DNA of 20,554 bases from an uncultured bacterium (GCA_964566495.1 CAZMIT010000022.1:1-20554), one strand, 5' to 3'; counted from the first letter of the stretch, positions 9,067 through 17,246 are shown. Translations and numbers: made by a program. The notes: a model not told the origin generated them from the letters alone.

Positions 9067-10205
9067 TTATCGTCCTCCGAACGCCAAATAGTTTCCTGAT
9101 AACCATCCCTGATATTGGGCACTACTTCTCCAGGTTTATACTGCTCCTCGTAATAACTGTAGATAATTCTTATCTCCTGGCCGGAGGTTTTCAAATCCAG
9201 TAGCTGATAATCATATTCTATCCTTGCCAGGCTGTCAAAACGCTCCTTCAGCTGATCCAGGAACTTCTGTTTTGATTCTTCTTCCGAGCCCAGTTGAAAA
9301 TCCGAACATATTTTAGCGCGTAAGGCTTCTAAATCCAGGTTCTTATAAGCATCTATAAACTCTTCCAACGCAGTTAACGCCTGGCTTTCCAGAGTAGTAA
9401 ACAGATGCTGCCGCTGGTAGCGAGTATAGCGCCCCCGATTTACCATGTAGTCTGTGTCCGGCTGCCAGCCGGCCAGAATAGAATCGAGGCGACGAATTCG
9501 ATCCTCCAGATAGGGATGAGTTCTAAATATTTCAAACTCTCGCACCGGAAAAGCTTCGCTTTTCTCGCCTAACATCTGCAAGAATTCTACCATGGCCCGA
9601 GGTTCGTAACCGGCCCGTCTCAGATAGGTCATCCCCAGCTCATCAGCTTCATACTCGGCGGAACGAGTGTAACCTCGAGCTAACATGTCTGTCCCCACGA
9701 TACCACCGATAAGGCTACGACCGTCAGTGGCGCTTACCGCCGCAATCGAAGTAAAAATAGAAGCCAGTTGTAGTTGTGTTCTTTTCTCACTGTGATAAGC
9801 ACTGACATGGCCCAGTTCGTGACCTATAACAGCAGCAAGCTGTGCTTCTGTCTCTACTTTTTCCAATAATCCGCGAGTGACATAAATATAGCCGCCCGGC
9901 AGGGCCATAGCGTTAACCATGAAGGTATCCAGTATCTTAAACTGGTAATCCAACCCCGGCCGGTCAGAAAAGGAAGCTACCCGCCGGCCGACATTTCTTA
10001 CGTAGGCCTGGAAAGCATCCGATTCGTAAACCCCCACCTCATTTTCTAATCGCCGCGCCGCCCGCTCGCCCATCCGCCGGGCCGTCTCCTCGGGAATAAA
10101 AACGCCCCCCCCGTGAGGATCACCAGGCCGCCCCGGTGCACAACCCCCAACCACAATTAAAACTAAAATTAAAACCGCCGGGAGACAAACTCCTCGCGCT
10201 GGCAT
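9042..10205 (-). CDS. M48-family zinc metallopeptidase lipoprotein with an extra C-terminal domain
   Basis: Lipobox-like VGG-C, VNAMALPGGYIYVTRGLL, HELGH zinc motif, YTR..E.EAD, THP...RI. Confidence 0.9.
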   Translation of the reverse strand: MPARGVCLPAVLILVLIVVGGCAPGRPGDPHGGGVFIPEETARRMGERAARRLENEVGVYESDAFQAYVRNVGRRVASFSDRPGLDYQFKILDTFMVNAMALPGGYIYVTRGLLEKVETEAQLAAVIGHELGHVSAYHSEKRTQLQLASIFTSIAAVSATDGRSLIGGIVGTDMLARGYTRSAEYEADELGMTYLRRAGYEPRAMVEFLQMLGEKSEAFPVREFEIFRTHPYLEDRIRRLDSILAGWQPDTDYMVNRGRYTRYQRQHLFTTLESQALTALEEFIDAYKNLDLEALRAKICSDFQLGSEEESKQKFLDQLKERFDSLARIEYDYQLLDLKTSGQEIRIIYSYYEEQYKPGEVVPNIRDGYQETIWRSEDDKWCLKALR

Positions 10206-10208
10206 GAG

Positions 10209-11156
10209 TTAATACTCCTCGCCCGGCTCATAATCCTCCAGATAAGCGTAAATTGAACCAAAATAGGCCGAAACTGCAATTTGGTAGGGAATCTGACGCT
10301 CGTCCTTGCTCAACCAGAATCGAATGTTCTCCACCCGGTCGGTTACCTCTTCGCCCTCTTCGTCTAAATCGCCAGTTTTACGTTCCAACCCAACTCCAAC
10401 AAGATAAGCTTTTTCCCAACCGTCATAGGTCCGAACATCGACGATATCGGTGACATCCAAATAAATCTGAGCTACTTCGTCCCCGACCTGCACCGGAAAA
10501 CTATACTCGTTGCCTACTTCCAGCTCCTGGGAACGCAGGAAAAATACCGCTGACAACGCGTCCTGGGTATAAGGGGGTATCTCCCCTCGTTCACCATCAT
10601 CATGCATAAAAAAACCTTTGTCCTGATAATAGCGAACCCGCTCCTCGTCCTCCTCGTCCTCATGATCCTGGAAATAATCATAGCCCCAGGAAAACAGTCC
10701 CCCGACGTCCATAAAACTAACCGCCCGGTCGCTAACGCTATAAAGCCAACTGGCCATCCCCTTGCTTTCTGCCTCCAGGGTTAATTTAAAAACATCCTGG
10801 CCGTTGAAGTCATCTTCGTCAACCTGCACCCGCAGCTCACCGGCTGTCAGACCAAGATAAGTCACTCGCCAGCGCAAGCGTTCACCCGGACCAAAACGGG
10901 GGGTGATTTCCCGCGGGTCAAAATCGGGAGAAATATCAAAGTGTTCTGGAACTTCCGGCAGCTCGTCAACAGCCGGCGTATCTTCTTCAGTCGCCCCTTC
11001 AACAGCCGGCGTATCTTCTTCAGTCACCCCTTCAACAGCCGGCGTATCCCCGGCCGCAGCCTCTATCTGTGAAAAAAGCAGTCCAGCTATCAAAAGAAGA
11101 CCAAGAACAAATAATTTAAAATAATTAAGCCGCTTGTTGGGCAATTCATAAAACAT
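10209..11156 (-). CDS. DUF3108-family exported protein
   Basis: Signal peptide (..IEAAA), F.PGE.L...V.YLGL.AG, QDALSA.F.LR, WLS.D...IP......FGS. RBS GGAGG. Confidence 0.8.
   Translation of the reverse strand: MFYELPNKRLNYFKLFVLGLLLIAGLLFSQIEAAAGDTPAVEGVTEEDTPAVEGATEEDTPAVDELPEVPEHFDISPDFDPREITPRFGPGERLRWRVTYLGLTAGELRVQVDEDDFNGQDVFKLTLEAESKGMASWLYSVSDRAVSFMDVGGLFSWGYDYFQDHEDEEDEERVRYYQDKGFFMHDDGERGEIPPYTQDALSAVFFLRSQELEVGNEYSFPVQVGDEVAQIYLDVTDIVDVRTYDGWEKAYLVGVGLERKTGDLDEEGEEVTDRVENIRFWLSKDERQIPYQIAVSAYFGSIYAYLEDYEPGEEY
10966..11048. repeat. 33-bp coding tandem repeat, 2.5 copies (DTPAVEG[V/A]TEE)
   Basis: The unit tcaacagccggcgtatcttcttcagtc[g/a]cccct occurs at 10966 and 10999, with a partial copy at 11032; one mismatch between the full copies. 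Confidence 0.95.
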
Positions 11157-11408
11157 CGCAAAACCCTCCGATAGAACAAATTAATCGAGCAAACTCGCTC
11201 CTGAAACAGGGCTCAGACAGCCCCCCGCTGATCATCCATTAAGATTTCTTCCGTCCTACGTTGTTAACACCAAAAAGAGGGGATTAAATTCCTGCAACTA
11301 CTCACCTTCTTTTCCCCCTTAACGGGGGGGAACAAAGGGCGGCCGAGCAGTCAATCGAGCCTGTAAACCCCGATGCAAATTAGGGGGAGGAGATAGATGA
11401 TTAGTTAC

Positions 11409-11474
11409 AAATTACCTTTTTTAAAAAGGTAATTTTTACCGGGTATTTTTTACCCGGAAAATAGCTTATTTTCC
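11409..11474. promoter_or_regulatory. Array of three inverted repeats, candidate enhancer (UAS)/operator sites
   Basis: aaattaccttttt-t-aaaaaggtaattt (11409-11435), ccgggta-ttttt-tacccgg (11439-11457) and ggaaaata-gct-tattttcc (11456-11474); about 90-155 bp upstream of the predicted sigma-54 start site. Confidence 0.55.
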
Positions 11475-11535
11475 TTATTTATTAGAGAATTTCCATAGTT
11501 TTAGCCATTTAATTTCACTGCTGGCTCAGATCATG

Positions 11536-11551
11536 TGGCATAGAACTTGCT
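11536..11551 (+). promoter_or_regulatory. Sigma-54 (RpoN) -24/-12 promoter
   Basis: TGGCATAGAACTTGCT matches TGGCAC-N5-TTGCW with exact GG-N10-GC spacing; followed by RBS AGAGGAGGTG (11571-11580) and ATG 11588. Confidence 0.8.
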
Positions 11552-11587
11552 TTATTATTAATTGACAACCAGAGGAGGTGAATTAAG

Positions 11588-11809
11588 ATGGCGAAGGAAA
11601 AAACAGTAGTTGCCGACCAGAAACGTATTCATCAGCTTGAGCCGGGTATGGTGCTTGCGCGTCCCGTATACGGGCCCGGAGGCTGTCCTCTGCTGCACAA
11701 GGACAAGCCCTTAACCCGCAAAGGGATCGAGCGCCTCCGCCGTCACAACAAGCGATTCGCGTATGTTTACCTCCCAGGTTACGAGCCGGAGGTAAAAGAG
11801 ACAGCCTAA
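11588..11809 (+). CDS. Small protein resembling the N-terminal accessory module of HD-GYP proteins (DUF3391-like), stand-alone
   Basis: Strong RBS; fills an intergenic gap; pattern I..LEPGMVLA.PVY...G..LL.....LT...IERL.....AYV. Confidence 0.8.
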   Translation: MAKEKTVVADQKRIHQLEPGMVLARPVYGPGGCPLLHKDKPLTRKGIERLRRHNKRFAYVYLPGYEPEVKETA

Positions 11810-11834
11810 CTTAAATTTCCCGGGCGTCCGGCAT

Positions 11835-14800
11835 CTAAATAGGCCATTCTATGTCCAGTTCAAGCGGTTCAAAGTTTCTTTCCGAAAACTCACCCTCATA
11901 TAATATAAATCGACAGTTGTCATGATCATCGGTAAGGTACATGGTAGTTGTCTGAATAGTGATTTTTACGCCTGAGCGGAGCGTTTCAGAGACCCTGATC
12001 TCCCCCCCTTCAAGGTCATCGATTTCTGTTTTTAACTCCATCAACTCCTCGCTCAAGCTTTCTATTCTGTTCTTAATTGCTTTGGCGCGAGAAGCCAGTT
12101 TTGAACGCAATTCCTGCTTGTCCTCGGGCAATTTATCCATGCCACCGACCTTTTCAGCGACGTCCATCAAACCTTTAATTCCACTTCTAACCTTATCCAT
12201 GTTGTCTTTTTGAACATCAATTTCATCTTCCAGTTTAGCAACCCGGTCGCGCAGCCGAGGAGAAATCCCCACATCGACTTCAGTTTTAGAAGCCAACTTA
12301 GCACCAATTTTCTGAGCCTGGACTATATTCCCGGCGCGCGTCTGACCGCCAATAATATCCCCGCGACGTTTTCCATCGATGATCACGTTTTCCTCGGCAT
12401 CCACCTCGCTGTGCATAATCGCCTGGCGGACCATCACGTTCCCCCCCGCCTTAACCCGACAGTTTTCGACATATTTGGCAAAGACGTTGCCCCCCGCTTC
12501 AACCAGTCCTTCATCCCTTCCTACAAGTCCCTGTTCAACAACTACATCACCCTCTGTTTTTACGTGCGCTTTCCCCACCGATTCAGCCTCCACCCCCTGC
12601 TTTGCCTCGACTTTAAACCCGTCCAGGATCATCCCCTTGACTATTACAACGCCGTCAAATTCAATGTTTCCCACCTCGTAGTCGAGGTCGCCGTCAATCT
12701 CGAGAACCGGTTCAACAATCAACTCCTGAGTGTCCTTGTCGCCAATCAGACGGGCCCGACCGTCCCGTTCGGCGACAATTTCCGTGCCGTCGGAGGAGAA
12801 AGTTGTATTTTCGCCAGCTTTAATTTCGACGTCCTCGCCGGGTTCGGGCGGAATCTCCTCACCATAAACGGATCGTCCCACTTCGCCGTCAGTGGGAGAA
12901 TAAATCTTGGCCAGCACTTCTTCCTCCTTAACACTGACCACCGTTTCGCCCTCCCGGAAATCAACCGTTTCCTCCTCAACTTCTTCCTCCTCTTCCTCCT
13001 CGACATCGATTTTGAGCTCAATCTTACCGTCTTTACCGTGCACGGGGTCCTTGCCCTCGGCGATCAGCACTTCTTCCTCAAAAATTTCTTCCTCAAAAAC
13101 CCGGTCGACGGCCGCCTCGTCATAGTTGATCCCCTCCCCCTCAAGATAATCAACTACTTCTTCCTTTTTCACCGCAACACCCTCCGGTTTTGGGGGAATG
13201 ACGGTAAGATATGCTTTAGTTTCATAATTATTTATATTCACACTGAAACTGCCGTCAATTTCAGGATTACGCTGCCGCGGACCAATTTTTTCGGGTTCCC
13301 CGCTCGACTCCTCCACCATCTCCTCCACTTTAATCCAATCAATATCCTGGTCGTAGTTATTATCCTCCAGCTCTTCCTTTACCTGCTCCAGGGTGACCGG
13401 CAGCCCGTGGCCCTCTGGCGGATAGACGGTCAGCATCAACCCGTCAGGTGTGTTTTCCAGGTTAATAAAACCGGCGACGTCTTCCTGCTGTTCGGCCTGT
13501 TGAAGCAGATCAAAAGCTTCCTCCTCTTCCTCTTCCTCACCGTCTTCACTGATTGCCTGGATCTGTTCTTTTTTGACCACCCGGATCAGGTAGTCTTTTT
13601 TTCCAAACCCAAATACGCCGGGCTTACCTTCTTCTAAAATTTGCACGGCTAAATTTTCAGGTGATTCCGCCAGATACTCAGCCGCCTTTTCCAGCCCGGC
13701 CTGGGGGGATTTACATTTAACTTTGACCGAATCCCTTTTCTCAGGATCAAAATAATGGCGAACTTTATCACGATTTTCTCCTTCACGAACCTCAACCGCC
13801 CACCACTTTTTGGCTATTTTGTCTGTGCCTTCCTCTTCTTCCTCATCCTCTCCTTCGTCCCCTTCTTCCTCAGGAAGCGGTTGTTTTTCCTCTTCCGGGG
13901 TAATATCTATTAAAACCAAATCTTCGTCCTCGTCCAGCCCTAAGAAGAGCCGGAACTGATCCTCGCGATTGAACAGCGGTTTTTCTTCCTGGTAAATCAC
14001 ATGCCGGCGCAACTCTTCCATCCCGGGTGTCTCGTATTTTTCCTCGTAATCTTCGAGATCCTCACCCAGAGCGGGGCTAAAATCTAACTCCTCGTCAGGA
14101 TCGTTAAAGCTGTCGTACTTTATTTCTTTGTCTTCAACTTTTACCGTGCAGTGGTTTCTTTCTTCTTCCACCGGCTCCCGGACGGCGCCAATATGCAGCT
14201 TAACGCCAGGAAATACAGTTCCACGAACCAGAATTTCCCGACGAACGTCGGATTCCAGCTCTTCTTCAATATCAGCCACCCTCTGCTTAACCTGTTGAAA
14301 ATCCTCGCGAGCGTGATTGAGTTCAAACTGCAACTCACGTAATCGCTCCTCATCGGCCGGTTCTAACCCCTCTTCTTCCTTTTTTTCCTCCAATTTGCTA
14401 ACATTTTTCTCTTTTCCCTCCACCTCACGTTCCAGCTTATCCCGCCGCTGCTCCAGTTTCTCCAGCTCCTCTTGTAACACTCCGCGAGCACCCATGCGAA
14501 CCTTGGTTTCAGGATAACTTACAGAACCAAGGTCATTAGCAACAATCAGCTCGCCGGCCGCCGTTTCTCCCCCAATTATATTCCCCCCTTTATCGACCAA
14601 AATAACCGCTTCTTCAGCGTCAAGATTACTGTGCATCACCACTTCCTTAATAATTATTTTACTTCCTGCTTTTATTCGAGCGTTTTCCGCGAAGCGACCG
14701 TAAACAACCCCGTGGGCCTCAATTCTTTGTTTTTCACTCCCTTTTATTCCCCCCCTGATTATTATGTCGCCACTGGCTTTTAACCGGGAGCGACCCACAA

Positions 14801-15410
14801 TTCCCATGACCCAGATATTACCGCGCGCCTCTACTAACCGGTTGTCCGCGACCTTACCCTCAATAAATATATTACCGTCATAGCGAATATCACCCGTGTC
14901 CGCGTCCACATCGCCCTCGACGTGCATGATAGGAAGAACGTGAACAGTGTTCTCAGCCCAAACAACCTGTCCGGGACGCCCGGCGTAGAGACGTTTTCCC
15001 CCGTCCGCCTCCCTGACGTATCGGCCAGCTTCGTATTGGGGCTGCCCTTCCTCTGTGAGATCGGCGGCCAGAAGTTGACCGGGCTTAGCCTCTTCCAGGT
15101 TCTCCATCGATTCGCTAAATTCAGCCAGTTTTTCCTCAATACTGGCATCTTCCCCCTGTTTCTCCTCTTCCTCCTCGGCCTCCTCCGGTCTGTTGAAAGT
15201 GTAATCTTTCTGGATCTTAAGCTCTTCTTCCTCTTCCTCTTCTTCGTGCGAACGGATAGTGGTCCCCTGCATTTCAATGAGACTGTCTTCAAGTTCAAAC
15301 AGCTCATCCTCAATTTCAAGCAGCTCTTCTTCGGAGAGTTCTTCCACCACTTCCTCGTCAAAGGAAGTCTCCTCGGCCAGATCCTCGCTGGTAGTTTCGG
15401 AGTCCGCCAT
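11835..15410 (-). CDS. FapA (DUF342) family protein with two DUF342 units and an internal Jag_N-like domain
   Basis: Two copies of the DUF342 beta-helix start (VEGDVDADTGDIRYDGNIFIEG; IDGDLDYEVGNIEFDGVVIVKG), each followed by MHS..A, IIGG...AG, a coiled coil and a (P/S)GVK tail. Start placed at ATG 15410. Confidence 0.9.
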   Translation of the reverse strand: MADSETTSEDLAEETSFDEEVVEELSEEELLEIEDELFELEDSLIEMQGTTIRSHEEEEEEEELKIQKDYTFNRPEEAEEEEEKQGEDASIEEKLAEFSESMENLEEAKPGQLLAADLTEEGQPQYEAGRYVREADGGKRLYAGRPGQVVWAENTVHVLPIMHVEGDVDADTGDIRYDGNIFIEGKVADNRLVEARGNIWVMGIVGRSRLKASGDIIIRGGIKGSEKQRIEAHGVVYGRFAENARIKAGSKIIIKEVVMHSNLDAEEAVILVDKGGNIIGGETAAGELIVANDLGSVSYPETKVRMGARGVLQEELEKLEQRRDKLEREVEGKEKNVSKLEEKKEEEGLEPADEERLRELQFELNHAREDFQQVKQRVADIEEELESDVRREILVRGTVFPGVKLHIGAVREPVEEERNHCTVKVEDKEIKYDSFNDPDEELDFSPALGEDLEDYEEKYETPGMEELRRHVIYQEEKPLFNREDQFRLFLGLDEDEDLVLIDITPEEEKQPLPEEEGDEGEDEEEEEGTDKIAKKWWAVEVREGENRDKVRHYFDPEKRDSVKVKCKSPQAGLEKAAEYLAESPENLAVQILEEGKPGVFGFGKKDYLIRVVKKEQIQAISEDGEEEEEEEAFDLLQQAEQQEDVAGFINLENTPDGLMLTVYPPEGHGLPVTLEQVKEELEDNNYDQDIDWIKVEEMVEESSGEPEKIGPRQRNPEIDGSFSVNINNYETKAYLTVIPPKPEGVAVKKEEVVDYLEGEGINYDEAAVDRVFEEEIFEEEVLIAEGKDPVHGKDGKIELKIDVEEEEEEEVEEETVDFREGETVVSVKEEEVLAKIYSPTDGEVGRSVYGEEIPPEPGEDVEIKAGENTTFSSDGTEIVAERDGRARLIGDKDTQELIVEPVLEIDGDLDYEVGNIEFDGVVIVKGMILDGFKVEAKQGVEAESVGKAHVKTEGDVVVEQGLVGRDEGLVEAGGNVFAKYVENCRVKAGGNVMVRQAIMHSEVDAEENVIIDGKRRGDIIGGQTRAGNIVQAQKIGAKLASKTEVDVGISPRLRDRVAKLEDEIDVQKDNMDKVRSGIKGLMDVAEKVGGMDKLPEDKQELRSKLASRAKAIKNRIESLSEELMELKTEIDDLEGGEIRVSETLRSGVKITIQTTTMYLTDDHDNCRFILYEGEFSERNFEPLELDIEWPI

Positions 15411-15450
15411 TTTTAACACCCGACTTTCTGTTGACGCAATCTCTCAAGAT

Positions 15451-15894
15451 TTAGAACATCATCAGAAGCAAAAAAAACCAGAATATAAATAGCAAGCCAT
15501 TCCCTATAAAAAGCAAAAAAATGAAAAAAGTAGCAAATTCTGTGGTTGTATTTCGCCGGCCGCCTCTAAAGTAAAGATGTACCGTCCACCCTAACGCCCA
15601 GACAACCCAGCTAAAAACTGCTATTGTAACTGCTACGGTAGATTCCGGAGCAACTATCTCAAGCCAGAAAGCCCCCAGTCCCACTGCTGATAAAAAAAGA
15701 GCCAGCGAACCGAATTTTAACCTTCCCTCCCACAAATGACCCAGCCCGGGCAACAGCAGGGAAGACAGCAGAGGGAGAAAAAACCAGCCCGAGCCAACGC
15801 TACCACCCCGGCGAACAGGTGTACCGCAGTAGCTACACTCCTCCGGCCAGCCAATCACGCGAGACCGACAGGTCGGACACTGACTGAGACTAAT
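15451..15894 (-). CDS. Zinc-ribbon membrane protein (CxxC-x10-CxxC plus about 4 TM segments, PGLGH motif)
   Basis: The open frame extends upstream of GTG 15858 to give (I/M)SLSQCPTCRSRVIGWPEECSYCG. The GGAGGT RBS is spaced for ATT at 15894. The LLPGLGHLW.G motif is typical of TM2-like membrane proteins. Confidence 0.75.
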   Translation of the reverse strand: MSLSQCPTCRSRVIGWPEECSYCGTPVRRGGSVGSGWFFLPLLSSLLLPGLGHLWEGRLKFGSLALFLSAVGLGAFWLEIVAPESTVAVTIAVFSWVVWALGWTVHLYFRGGRRNTTTEFATFFIFLLFIGNGLLFIFWFFLLLMMF

Positions 15895-16831
15895 CGAAAC
15901 TACCTCCCCAGTCCGGGGTTTTATAAAGAAGTCTTATCTCATTCTCCGGAACACCTGCAAAACCGCTCACAAAATCACCAAGGCGGCTCAGCAGACGCAG
16001 GGGAGATGGTTTTTTCTCGCGCGGCTCATCTACCACCGGTTCTTCCTCTATGCCGGCCGCCTTTCGAGCCACCTCAATTGCCTCGCGTCGACTGCCGGTC
16101 TGATCGATCAGACCAGCCTGCAGCGCCTGTTTTCCGGTAAATAACCGCCCGTCGGCTACTGCCTCAACATCAGCATCTTCCAGGGTTTCCCGCCGTTCCG
16201 CCACATATTCGATAAACTGCTCGTAGACGTCCATAACAAGTTCCTGAAGGAGCTCACGTTCCTCCTCCGACATAGTACGAAACGGAGAACCCAGGTCCTT
16301 AAATTCCCCCGATTTTATAACTTCATAATCCAGACCGATTTTATCAACCATTTCACTGGCCTGTATAAACTGCATCATAACCCCGATACTTCCTACCACA
16401 CTGCCGGGATTGGCCACAACCGTGTCCCCGCTTACAGCGACGTGATAGGCTCCCGAGGCCCCGGTGTTGCGAACAAAAGAAATGATCGGTTTCTCGGTTT
16501 CGGCACGCACACGATCAATTTCATCGCTTAACTCCTGGGTTGGCCCCACAGCTCCGCCGGGGCTATTTATATCCAGTATGATAGCCTTTATTTCCGACCG
16601 CTTTTTTAAACTCTGCAGCCGATCAAGCAATGGCTGGACCTCCAGCAAAACCCCATCCACACTGAGCACACCGATTTGGTTTCTCCGGGGCACGGTAAAA
16701 ACATCGCTGTATTCATGACTCACTATTCCCAGGAAAATAACCGACTGCAGGGCCAGATAAAAAACTAACCCCACAATTAAAACAAACGAAAGAATCCACC
16801 CGACTTTCTTTTTCAAACTGCCGCTGAACAC
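15890..16831 (-). CDS. sppA: Signal peptide peptidase SppA, short (36K) type, peptidase S49
   Basis: N-terminal TM, DINSPGG, ASGAY, GSIGV, KSGEFKD, ADGR..TG.QA...GLID. AAAGGAGG RBS before the GTG. Confidence 0.95.
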   Translation of the reverse strand: MFSGSLKKKVGWILSFVLIVGLVFYLALQSVIFLGIVSHEYSDVFTVPRRNQIGVLSVDGVLLEVQPLLDRLQSLKKRSEIKAIILDINSPGGAVGPTQELSDEIDRVRAETEKPIISFVRNTGASGAYHVAVSGDTVVANPGSVVGSIGVMMQFIQASEMVDKIGLDYEVIKSGEFKDLGSPFRTMSEEERELLQELVMDVYEQFIEYVAERRETLEDADVEAVADGRLFTGKQALQAGLIDQTGSRREAIEVARKAAGIEEEPVVDEPREKKPSPLRLLSRLGDFVSGFAGVPENEIRLLYKTPDWGGSFD

Positions 16832-16997
16832 TTGAATCCGCCTCCTTTAACCCGAACAATTCACGCCTGAACCACTGGCGTGAATTATTTGTCTTTCAGA
16901 CAACCATTCACTGGCTCCGTGCAGGGCGTTATTTTTTATTTGACACCAATTATTTATACAGACCGTAATTTATTATCCTCACCTGTAGCCTTTTGAT

Positions 16998-17246
16998 TTA
17001 AGTCCCCTGCTCTCTTCCCTTGTAACAGTGCGGACAACCTTTGATCAGCAGTTCCGACTCTTTCTCATTTTTTCGTATTTCATCTGCAAACAGGGTCTCT
17101 CCCCGGGCCAGCTCACTGCAGCAAACGGGACAGGTCCTGCGTGGAGAATTCTCACTTGTTCCGACCAGCCGGCCCACGCGAACCAGGGCTATGATCACAG
17201 CAATTATTAATAAAAGGTAAACAAACCAGACAATTTCAGGGCTCAC
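16998..17246 (-). CDS. Small membrane-anchored protein with CPxC...GCPxC putative zinc-binding domain
   Basis: N-terminal TM helix, CPVC and GCPHC; GTGA overlap with the upstream gene stop. Confidence 0.75.
   Translation of the reverse strand: MSPEIVWFVYLLLIIAVIIALVRVGRLVGTSENSPRRTCPVCCSELARGETLFADEIRKNEKESELLIKGCPHCYKGREQGT

Noticed and set aside
10966..11048. 33-bp repeat as a CRISPR array
   Set aside because: No spacers, in-frame within a CDS, and no cas genes.
11180..11235. GAGCAAAC...CCTGAAACAGG as a possible c-di-GMP-I riboswitch
   Set aside because: Lacks the GACGCAAAGC junction and second stem, and is on the wrong strand for the adjacent DUF3108 gene.
12210..13637. 475-aa plus-strand ORF
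   Set aside because: Antisense shadow of the Glu-rich fapA gene (GAA/GAG read as Phe/Leu); no RBS or recognisable motifs.
16940..16969. TTGACA on the plus strand as an antisense promoter
   Set aside because: The best -10 is CGTAAT at 18 bp, lacking the critical TA; no plus-strand gene follows.
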